Origin: Dehalococcoidia bacterium
GTDB taxonomy: Bacteria; Chloroflexota; Dehalococcoidia; Lucifugimonadales; UBA3495
NCBI GenBank assembly: GCA_964291335.2
Contig: OZ219748.1
Location: forward strand, 683,711 to 747,710
Length of the DNA stretch: 64,000 nucleotides
Reading direction: 5' to 3'
Positions 20,901 to 28,553 of this stretch are shown here, piece after piece; positions within the stretch are counted from its first letter, which is position 1; each line of letters starts with the position of its first letter. Made by a program: the position numbers and the translations under genes. The notes below the pieces were generated by a model, which had not been told where the DNA came from, searched no databases, and was given only the letters and a program-made list of their open reading frames with translations.

Positions 20901-23580
20901 ACGCCCTGTTCTCTGGATTGCGCTGACGGGCTGCCGGTTTCAATCCTCACCCACCCTTTCGGGTGGGTGCTACCTGCCAGTAGCCGGGTTCGCCGGCGCC
21001 GGCGCAGCGGTTTCAATCCTCACCCACCCTTTCGGGTGGGTGCTACGGCAAGGGCGCCGACAGAAAAACGCTCGACGCCCTGTTTCAATCCTCACCCACC
21101 CTTTCGGGTGGGTGCTACACTACTACGACCCCCTGACGCCGGCCCAGATTGGGGTTTCAATCCTCACCCACCCTTTCGGGTGGGTGCTACCGCCGCTGCC
21201 TCGGTCGGTATATCCCCGGCCAGCCGTTTCAATCCTCACCCACCCTTTCGGGTGGGTGCTACAAGCGCCCTGCGTCAACCGCTGCGGCGCGTGGGTGGGT
21301 TTCAATCCTCACCCACCCTTTCGGGTGGGTGCTACGGCTCTGGCTGGGAGCCAACCACACCCCTAGCCCGGTTTCAATCCTCACCCACCCTTTCGGGTGG
21401 GTGCTACCGGCTACCAGTTCCTGGACGGTCGCCAGTTCTTTGAGGTTTCAATCCTCACCCACCCTTTCGGGTGGGTGCTACCCCACGCCCCGGTGCAGTA
21501 TTTCGCCCTGGACGATGTTTCAATCCTCACCCACCCTTTCGGGTGGGTGCTACCCGTCAGCTGCCGAACCCGGCCAAAGGAACCGGGGGTTTCAATCCTC
21601 ACCCACCCTTTCGGGTGGGTGCTACGTCCATCCCCTCGCCGGCTATCTCACCCACCCAGCTGTTTCAATCCTCACCCACCCTTTCGGGTGGGTGCTACAG
21701 CTACGCTTCCTAGGGTGCGAAGGTACGCAACGCTGTTTCAATCCTCACCCACCCTTTCGGGTGGGTGCTACGGCTGACTATCTAACCGACCTGACGCAAG
21801 TCAGTCTGTTTCAATCCTCACCCACCCTTTCGGGTGGGTGCTACAGCCGGAAGCCGGGAAGGTACGGAAGCGAAGCCGGGTTTCAATCCTCACCCACCCT
21901 TTCGGGTGGGTGCTACCGGCTTCCGGCCTTGCGTACCTTCGCACGCGCAAAGTTTCAATCCTCACCCACCCTTTCGGGTGGGTGCTACCCGTTCCTGGTC
22001 CGTTACGGTTACCGAGTAGTCCCCGTTTCAATCCTCACCCACCCTTTCGGGTGGGTGCTACCTTGGTTGCTGTCGGCATGGCCGTTTACAGCGGAGGGTT
22101 TCAATCCTCACCCACCCTTTCGGGTGGGTGCTACCCAGGATACCCCACTACTCGTTTGTCTTTATTGATGTTTCAATCCTCACCCACCCTTTCGGGTGGG
22201 TGCTACTAGTATCCGGGCCGTAGCCAACCAATACCGGGGGCTGTTTCAATCCTCACCCACCCTTTCGGGTGGGTGCTACTACCGGCATTGTTTCCCCGCG
22301 CTGCCGATGAGGTTGTTTCAATCCTCACCCACCCTTTCGGGTGGGTGCTACGTGGACGCCGAAGACCTGACGGCGCCGGAGATACTGTTTCAATCCTCAC
22401 CCACCCTTTCGGGTGGGTGCTACTTGCTAGGGTTTGATACATTCCTGCGGTGCGTCAGGGTTTCAATCCTCACCCACCCTTTCGGGTGGGTGCTACCAGG
22501 TCATACCAATGCTGCGTTTCAGACTGCCAGGGTTTCAATCCTCACCCACCCTTTCGGGTGGGTGCTACCGCAGGGACCTTTGCCATAGGTGCCGGTCTCA
22601 GCTGTTTCAATCCTCACCCACCCTTTCGGGTGGGTGCTACGCGATATAATCATCCCACCCCTTTTGCTCCCCGCCGGTTTCAATCCTCACCCACCCTTTC
22701 GGGTGGGTGCTACAGGGGAAAATTGCGCCATTCGTTCCAGGCCAGAACGTTTCAATCCTCACCCACCCTTTCGGGTGGGTGCTACTATGCCTTTCAGGAT
22801 ACGGGCGGCGTCCCGGTAGGGGTTTCAATCCTCACCCACCCTTTCGGGTGGGTGCTACCCTCCTTACCTGCGGAATCTGTTCCGGTCATTGGAAGTTTCA
22901 ATCCTCACCCACCCTTTCGGGTGGGTGCTACGGTTGTTTTGACTGCCCAAAATGCGCAAATTTGAGTTTCAATCCTCACCCACCCTTTCGGGTGGGTGCT
23001 ACTCCGGCTTCCGGCCTTGCGTACCTTCGCACGCGCAAAGTTTCAATCCTCACCCACCCTTTCGGGTGGGTGCTACTCGATAATCCCGTCCAATATAATG
23101 CCGACGGCTTCGTTTCAATCCTCACCCACCCTTTCGGGTGGGTGCTACGTGTCCTCAAACTGCAAGGTAGCTCGGTGTCTCCCGTTTCAATCCTCACCCA
23201 CCCTTTCGGGTGGGTGCTACCAGCCCGCTATGGAGATACTGGAGCGGGCCAGAGGTTTCAATCCTCACCCACCCTTTCGGGTGGGTGCTACGGGTGTGGG
23301 GAGCCTGCTTGCGGCAGTTGCGCGTGTTTCAATCCTCACCCACCCTTTCGGGTGGGTGCTACCCCAGGTCCCCCAGCGCAACATCTTCACCCAGCAGGTT
23401 TCAATCCTCACCCACCCTTTCGGGTGGGTGCTACCAAGGTGCAGCAGTATCTGCTGTCGGTGGACGCCGGGTTTCAATCCTCACCCACCCTTTCGGGTGG
23501 GTGCTACCCGCAAAAGTGCGCCAGGCCTTCCGGGGGCTGAAGAGTTTCAATCCTCACCCACCCTTTCGGGTGGGTGCTAC
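17952..23580 (-). repeat. Leader-side block of 78 consecutive repeats, all with plus-strand loop TTTC (GAAA tetraloop in crRNA)
   Basis: Every repeat from 17952 to 23580 reads ...cacccaccctttcgggtgggtg.... The plus-frame repeat peptides change uniformly from PKGWV/TRKGGCY/PERVGAT to PFGWV/TLSGGCY/PFRVGAT. Confidence 0.9.
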
Positions 23581-23732
23581 TGTCATTCGGAGATTTTCTA
23601 TTTGAACATCGCGAACCTCCTCTTTTCCCTCTCTGTGAATGATGAAAATCACGCTTTCGTCGCGTCCACTGAGTACGCTGCAAGTATAAACGCGAACCTC
23701 CTGTTTGCAGCGTCAATCGCAACCGGTTCGCG
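23581..23732 (-). promoter_or_regulatory. CRISPR leader
   Basis: 152-bp non-coding, relatively AT-rich segment between the cas2 stop (23733) and the first intact repeat (23580). It contains the motif cgcgaacctcct twice (23610-23621, 23691-23702) and an inverted partial copy ggttcgcg (23725-23732). Confidence 0.7.
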
Positions 23733-24089
23733 TCACGCGAGCAGCGGACCGCTGAAGTCAATCACGTTGCTTATTCCATATTCCTCGACTCGGTGTTCAC
23801 GTCCGCCGGGAATCTTGTAAAACCGGATGCTGTCTTCATTCTCGTCTATGATGCCAAGTAGCCTGGCCTTCATTTCAAGGAAATTTGTGTCGCTGACCGT
23901 GCATTCAAAAACCGACTTTTGGACCCGCTGACCGTAGTCTTCACAGGTCTTTGCCACCCGCCGCAGACGTGAACGCCCGGCCGCGGTTTCAGTGCTGACA
24001 TCATAAGTAACCAGAATCCACACTATGTTCACCGCTATATATAATATCGAGGTGTGCGTGTGTGAGACCAGAATCCACCCTATGTTCAC
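23733..24089 (-). CDS. cas2: CRISPR-associated endoribonuclease Cas2
   Basis: Cas2 core WILVTYDVSTE...RLRRVAKTCEDYGQRVQKSVFEC...IRFY. Two in-frame GTG starts (24089, overlapping the cas1 stop, and 24032) lie in the two copies of a 25-bp duplication. The shorter form (23733-24032) is probably the functional one. Confidence 0.9.
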   Translation of the reverse strand: MNIGWILVSHTHTSILYIAVNIVWILVTYDVSTETAAGRSRLRRVAKTCEDYGQRVQKSVFECTVSDTNFLEMKARLLGIIDENEDSIRFYKIPGGREHRVEEYGISNVIDFSGPLLA

Positions 24090-24091
24090 CG
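24010..24091. repeat. 25-bp direct duplication of the cas1-stop/cas2-start junction flanking a 32-bp insert (period 57 bp)
   Basis: accagaatccac[a/c]ctatgttcaccg occurs at 24010-24034 and 24067-24091 (24/25 identical). The intervening ctatatataatatcgaggtgtgcgtgtgtgag (24035-24066) has a composition unlike its surroundings. Confidence 0.85.
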
Positions 24092-25120
24092 GGCCACAAA
24101 GGCAGGATAGTGCTCCAGGTCTCCTCGCAAATGGCGTGCCAGTAATCGGGCCTGAAGGTGGGGCAAGAGCCCCACCGGTGTCTTCTGCTGCGCCAACGGA
24201 TGCGTTATCTCCTCTGCCTTTCGCTTCTGATAGGTTACCAGCAGCGTTTTCCTGCCTTCCTCAGTTAGAGAAACTCCACCGCCCAGGCTGCTTGCGAAGT
24301 GCGCTGCGGTCAGCTGTCGCCGGTTAATCAGCGTCAACGCCAGACGGTCAGCCAGGAACGAGCGAAACTCTTCCATCAGATCAAGGGCCAATGATGGACG
24401 ACCAGGTCGGACCGCGTGAAGAAAACCAATTTGAGGGTCCAAACCGACGCCCTCACAGGCGGCCTGGCATTCTGCCCGGACCAGCGCGTAGAGGAAAGAT
24501 AACATGGCGTTAATCGGGTCCCGCGGCGGTCGCCGATTTCTGCCGTCGAAGCTGAAGGCCGAGTCCGGTGAACGTATCAAATGGTTGAAAACTGAGAAGT
24601 AAACCGCGCCGGCACGTCCCTCGTTGCCACGAATTTCGTTCAGGTCACCGGTTTTTTTAAGATCCATAATGGTATCTGCCATGGACTTTGCGGCAAGCCG
24701 TAAATCAGCTTCCGCTTCGGGTTCCCGCGTCTGACGCGCTTCTCGCATCAGGAGTAAGCGCCCGTTCTGCACCTTGGCAGCTACGATGTTTCGGGCAATG
24801 GCGGCAGAGCGCTCGTGGTCCCGATAGGCCTCGTGCTGCGCCAGCCGCAACAGCACATTCCCCGAGGTCGGGCCTACCACTTTTGCTCGAAATCTACCGC
24901 TGCGGCTGAGAAAGACCAGGTCACGCTGGTCTTCAGCGCATTGCGCCATGGCGGCCGGAGATACGCTTACCCTGCCGAAGCAGACCACTGCCCCCAAATG
25001 GTGCACCGGGACCTGCAGGATTGTCCCTCCGTCCGCTTCAACTTTGAGGGTGCGGTGATCAACATGTACGTAGGCCCCTTGCGTGGTAACGTACAGGGTG
25101 TTGAGTAATTCGCGGGCCAC
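24086..25120 (-). CDS. cas1: CRISPR-associated endonuclease Cas1, type I-C
   Basis: 344-aa ORF: N-terminal LLNTLYVTTQGAYV...TLKV beta-domain, then an alpha-helical catalytic domain (GNEGRAGAVYF, RRPPRDPINAMLSFLYALV, GFLH, SLALDLMEEFR). Confidence 0.95.
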   Translation of the reverse strand: MARELLNTLYVTTQGAYVHVDHRTLKVEADGGTILQVPVHHLGAVVCFGRVSVSPAAMAQCAEDQRDLVFLSRSGRFRAKVVGPTSGNVLLRLAQHEAYRDHERSAAIARNIVAAKVQNGRLLLMREARQTREPEAEADLRLAAKSMADTIMDLKKTGDLNEIRGNEGRAGAVYFSVFNHLIRSPDSAFSFDGRNRRPPRDPINAMLSFLYALVRAECQAACEGVGLDPQIGFLHAVRPGRPSLALDLMEEFRSFLADRLALTLINRRQLTAAHFASSLGGGVSLTEEGRKTLLVTYQKRKAEEITHPLAQQKTPVGLLPHLQARLLARHLRGDLEHYPAFVAR

Positions 25121-25151
25121 AACGTTTTCCTCAATCGGTTGCGGACGTCAT

Positions 25152-25823
25152 TCAATCCGACTTCGACATGGACTGCCGGACGGGTTTGTTTGTCCCGACG
25201 ACAAACAACTGAGTCTGGTACTGCCGGTTCCTGTCCTGTTTTGACACCACGAACGGCAGGCAGGATTCTACCAGCGAACAGTTGCGGCATCGGGCGTCGG
25301 CCACCGCCGGCGGCAGTACGGGTTCGCTCATCAGCTGCCGGATTGCCGATACTGCCTTTTTCATTTGCTCACGCAATGCGGTTGTGAATTCTACCTCCCG
25401 TCGTTGACGGGAGGAAAAGTGATAGACGGCGCCCACCGGGACTTCCGTGGCGAGCATTTCTTCAAGGCAAACCGCCTGGCCGCAAAGCTGAAGATCGGCG
25501 TGGCGGCCCTGGCGTGCTGGACCATGCTTGTATTCGACGGGGTATGGCGTAACGCCGTGGAATTCTACCAGGTCGGCTTTGCCCAGCAGCCCCAGCGATT
25601 CGGACCACAGCGGCACAGCGTATTCGGTGCGCACGCCGTCGACGGTAGCAACGCCGGATTGATCCACCCGCTCGTGCACTGCGTTGCCGCGGAGGGTGTA
25701 CACGTTCTCATCATAGGTCTGCTCCCGGTGAATCAGGGCGCATTGCCGCGGGCAGTAGCTGTAGTGTTCCAGCATGGACAGCAGCACATAGTCTTCAAAT
25801 TCTGAAATCAGCGGTTCCATCAT
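25152..25823 (-). CDS. cas4: CRISPR-associated exonuclease Cas4 (RecB-like, Fe-S)
   Basis: YSYCPRQCAL N-terminal Cys, DLVEF...PVEYK nuclease core, and C-terminal CRNCSLVESC cysteine cluster. Confidence 0.93.
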   Translation of the reverse strand: MMEPLISEFEDYVLLSMLEHYSYCPRQCALIHREQTYDENVYTLRGNAVHERVDQSGVATVDGVRTEYAVPLWSESLGLLGKADLVEFHGVTPYPVEYKHGPARQGRHADLQLCGQAVCLEEMLATEVPVGAVYHFSSRQRREVEFTTALREQMKKAVSAIRQLMSEPVLPPAVADARCRNCSLVESCLPFVVSKQDRNRQYQTQLFVVGTNKPVRQSMSKSD

Positions 25824-25923
25824 TGCCTCCAGCCTGACCCTGTGCTAACCCTCTCCTACATTATAGGTATCTGTTCCCTCATCATGGTTCCATCATTGCC
25901 TCCAGCCTGACCCTATGCTAACC
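25813..25923. repeat. 38-bp direct duplication of the cas7-stop/cas4-start junction flanking a 35-bp insert (period 73 bp)
   Basis: ggttccatcattgcctccagcctgaccct[g/a]tgctaacc occurs at 25813-25850 and 25886-25923 (37/38 identical). The insert is ctctcctacattataggtatctgttccctcatcat (25851-25885). Copy 25813-25850 carries the real cas4 RBS and ATGATG start. Confidence 0.9.
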
Positions 25924-25925
25924 GG

Positions 25926-26822
25926 TCAGGCGTCGAGCCTGGCAATGCTGACGCCCGTGGGCAAATCGGTTTCGTCCAGCGTCACCGAATAATCCGCGAA
26001 ACGGCGTGGCACGGTCGCATTACCTTTCTGCTTTACTTCCAGCCTTTCGAATAACCGGTGGGCCGGGGCGTTGCCCAACCGGCTTTCGTGGGAGAACACG
26101 TACAAACCCCGGCAGGCCATCATGCCCCTGGCTGATGAGCGGTCTAGGTCCCACATGTTGACCAGAGCTTCCCAGAACAGTTCCAAATCTGCTGCGTTGG
26201 CGCCGGTGTGCCGGGCAAAGTGGGGGTTGAAAAACCCGTAACCCCGGTAAAGGCCGTAGGGCACAGTGGACTTGCGCCCCAGCGTGCCGTGGGTGGGAGC
26301 CTCGTTTTCGTCTTCCTCGTTTTCGGCCCTGCGTTCACCGCGGTTTTCCAACGCAACCCTGGCTATGGTCGAATCCATCGCCAGAATTGGATCGACCGAA
26401 CGGGAGAAGGTCAGTTGCACTGGGCCGCGTACTTGCCCGGCGTTACGCTCCCGCATACTCATCACGGCGCCGAACATTCGAATATCGTAAAACTGCTCGC
26501 ACAACCATGGTTGCGCCTGCCGCGGCGTGGGGTCGTCGTTCTCGTCGCGTCTTTCCGCAAAGACACGGCCCCGGGTTTCGGTGAGGTAGGTGTCGCGCTG
26601 GACGTAAATCTTGTACCGGGATTCATCCCCTCGGGCAGCATCTACATAGTCCCTGACCTTGCGTTTGAGGGACACATCGGTGACAATGCCCTGCATGGTT
26701 TCGGGGTCCATCCGTGGCTGATTGCCGGCGTCCGGGTCTCCGTTGGGGTTGCCATCCTGCACATCAAACAGGATGATGAAATCCTGCCGTCGGTCAACGT
26801 CGTTGTAGGGTTGGGTGGTCAT
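25926..26822 (-). CDS. cas7: Cascade backbone subunit Cas7 (Csd2), type I-C
   Basis: FDVQDGNPNGDPDAGNQPRMDPETMQGIVTDVSLKRKVRDYV is the characteristic Csd2/Cas7c N-terminal signature. 298 aa. Confidence 0.93.
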   Translation of the reverse strand: MTTQPYNDVDRRQDFIILFDVQDGNPNGDPDAGNQPRMDPETMQGIVTDVSLKRKVRDYVDAARGDESRYKIYVQRDTYLTETRGRVFAERRDENDDPTPRQAQPWLCEQFYDIRMFGAVMSMRERNAGQVRGPVQLTFSRSVDPILAMDSTIARVALENRGERRAENEEDENEAPTHGTLGRKSTVPYGLYRGYGFFNPHFARHTGANAADLELFWEALVNMWDLDRSSARGMMACRGLYVFSHESRLGNAPAHRLFERLEVKQKGNATVPRRFADYSVTLDETDLPTGVSIARLDA

Positions 26823-26846
26823 TCAGTTACGCTCCTTTGACGCCGG

Positions 26847-28553
26847 TTACGCGTCGGTTTCGTTGTGGGCCTCATTCTGCTGCGCATTGCGTCGGGCTGT
26901 GGCTTCCTGCGCCCTTCGACTGTTGTCGGCGCGTTGATGGTAGTATCCGAGGGCAAAGTGTCCTTGCTGTTCCAGGTTCAGCGTCTTGGGGAACCCGTTC
27001 AGGTTGGACATGATTTCTTCCATCGTATTCTCAATGGCTATACGCGCGCCCCGGTCGTTCCGGTTCAGTGTGTGGAGATGCCCGCGCACCCCTTTGAGCA
27101 GCAGGGGGAACACCGCCCCGGGAGCGGTGGACGCCGTGCCATAATACCGGTCAGCGATGGTTGCATTGACGTGGGGTATCGCTCTATTTTGAGCGCGTTC
27201 CAGCGTATAGAACAGCCGCCCGCAGAGGTAGCCCGGATCCGTGTTCTCTTTGTCGATTTCCACCATGTAGTCCTCCTGATGATTGCATTGCCGGGGCTGG
27301 CTGAGCAGCGCCAGCTTGATTAGAGCGGCGCGGCGTCTGGGAACTTTGCGTTCTGCCTGGCAGCGGCGGATCGCCTGCTGCAATATCTGGGGTGGCACCG
27401 GGTCGCCGTTGAATGCCGCCTTGATGAGGGCCCGGGGCGTCGTGACCGGCAGGTCTTTGCGGTCTCTAACGGTGGCGTTAGCCAGCGCTGATACCCCGTA
27501 GTATCGGTTCTCGTTATCATAGCCGGGGGCGACTCGCTGTCGTTGGAAGTAGAGCGCCAGGTTCTCCTTGACGCTGCCCACGGTGGTGTTGAGCCAGTCG
27601 CGCACCACCGCTCTGCCGCCGGACGCTGACAGCGACAGTGCGTAAAAGTCCGCTTCGTCAAGGTTCGTCCGGCGTCCGAGCCTCGCCGATTCAAGCAAGG
27701 CTTGCACATTCTGCGGTTCCGGGGCGGATAATATTCCCAGGAAGTTGAAACCGGGATCCTCGCGGGTCCAGAAGACGAAGGCGCCGTTGCCGGTTATGAA
27801 CCGGGTGGAGGCGCCGGACAGCAGGTCGTTGAGGCCCCGAGTGAACCCTTCGGCGCATTCCTGGCAGATTGGGGCTACCTGGGACGCTTGCAGACCGTAG
27901 GACTCGAAGGCGTCGCTGTTTGCCGAAATGATGCTGGTGCCTGAGGTTTGCCCGCCAGGGATACCCTTGACTTTGGATTGCAGCCTTTCCAGTACGGGAC
28001 GGTTTTCGCCGCAGACCAGGCACTGCATGGTTGTCCCGTCAGGCTCGTTGATGGTGGCCCAGAACCGTTGCACCGCCGGGTTGTCAATCACGTAACGGCC
28101 GTCAACCTCGAAGGTGATGATCGCCCCACTGTCAAAATCGTCGCCCAGTTCCAGGCTTCGCAGCGGCTCGTTCTTGAGGAAAGATAGAACTGCCTGGACA
28201 TCCGGTTCTCCAGTTGCGGCGGCGCAGCGTTCCACCAGGTCCACGTAGGCGGCGTGGGCTTTCTGCGCTCGTTCAGCCTGCTTGCCGGTTTTCGACCGGC
28301 CCAACGTGTAGTCGGACGGACTGGCCAGCAGCAGCGGTCGAATGCCGGAAGTACGCTGCACCTGGGGCAGCAACCGGCGCTTTCCCCGTCTAGTTCGAGG
28401 CGCCTTCGGGTCGCTCAAATCAATCGGCTGCGGGCTGTGGCATTCTCCATTGGGAGACAGCGCAATGACGTAGCGCAGCGCGCCCTCTGCATAGAGTTTG
28501 GGCGCCGGCGTTTCGTTTCTCTGCGCGTATTCAACCAGTTTGTTCAGCATCAT
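26847..28553 (-). CDS. cas8c: Cascade large subunit Cas8c (Csd1), type I-C
   Basis: 568-aa ORF lying between cas5 and cas7, the position and size of Csd1. It has a CLVCG..CQEC zinc-like cysteine pairs region and a helical C-terminus. Its 4-nt overlap with cas5 suggests translational coupling. Confidence 0.85.
   Translation of the reverse strand: MMLNKLVEYAQRNETPAPKLYAEGALRYVIALSPNGECHSPQPIDLSDPKAPRTRRGKRRLLPQVQRTSGIRPLLLASPSDYTLGRSKTGKQAERAQKAHAAYVDLVERCAAATGEPDVQAVLSFLKNEPLRSLELGDDFDSGAIITFEVDGRYVIDNPAVQRFWATINEPDGTTMQCLVCGENRPVLERLQSKVKGIPGGQTSGTSIISANSDAFESYGLQASQVAPICQECAEGFTRGLNDLLSGASTRFITGNGAFVFWTREDPGFNFLGILSAPEPQNVQALLESARLGRRTNLDEADFYALSLSASGGRAVVRDWLNTTVGSVKENLALYFQRQRVAPGYDNENRYYGVSALANATVRDRKDLPVTTPRALIKAAFNGDPVPPQILQQAIRRCQAERKVPRRRAALIKLALLSQPRQCNHQEDYMVEIDKENTDPGYLCGRLFYTLERAQNRAIPHVNATIADRYYGTASTAPGAVFPLLLKGVRGHLHTLNRNDRGARIAIENTMEEIMSNLNGFPKTLNLEQQGHFALGYYHQRADNSRRAQEATARRNAQQNEAHNETDA

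Larger units (their letters stand above)
9701..23580 (-). CRISPR. Type I-C CRISPR array: 191 full 37-bp repeats, one truncated trailer repeat, 191 spacers of 33-38 nt
   Basis: - Plus-strand repeat is gtttcaatcctcacccaccc(gaaa|tttc)gggtgggtgctac; I counted 191 copies by hand (first at 9757, last at 23544-23580).
- The minus-strand form GTAGCACCCACCC-NNNN-GGGTGGGTGAGGATTGAAAC ends in ATTGAAAC, as I-C repeats do.
- The truncated, mutated copy (gtttcaattctcacccaccc, 9701-9720) lies at the end far from cas2, and the intact end abuts a 152-bp leader next to cas2. Transcription is therefore on the minus strand.
- Variant repeats: a G-to-A stem change at 9974-10010 and a 2-nt deletion at 10984-11018. 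Confidence 0.98.

Noticed and set aside
9626-23820. Dozens of tracked ORFs on both strands with recurring peptides (FQSSPTRKGGCY, SILTHPKGWVL, FNPHPPERVGAT, STHPFGWVRIET and their TLSGGCY/PFGWVL/PFRVGAT variants)
   Set aside because: They are translations of the 37-bp CRISPR repeat in three frames per strand, joined through spacers. They are not genes.
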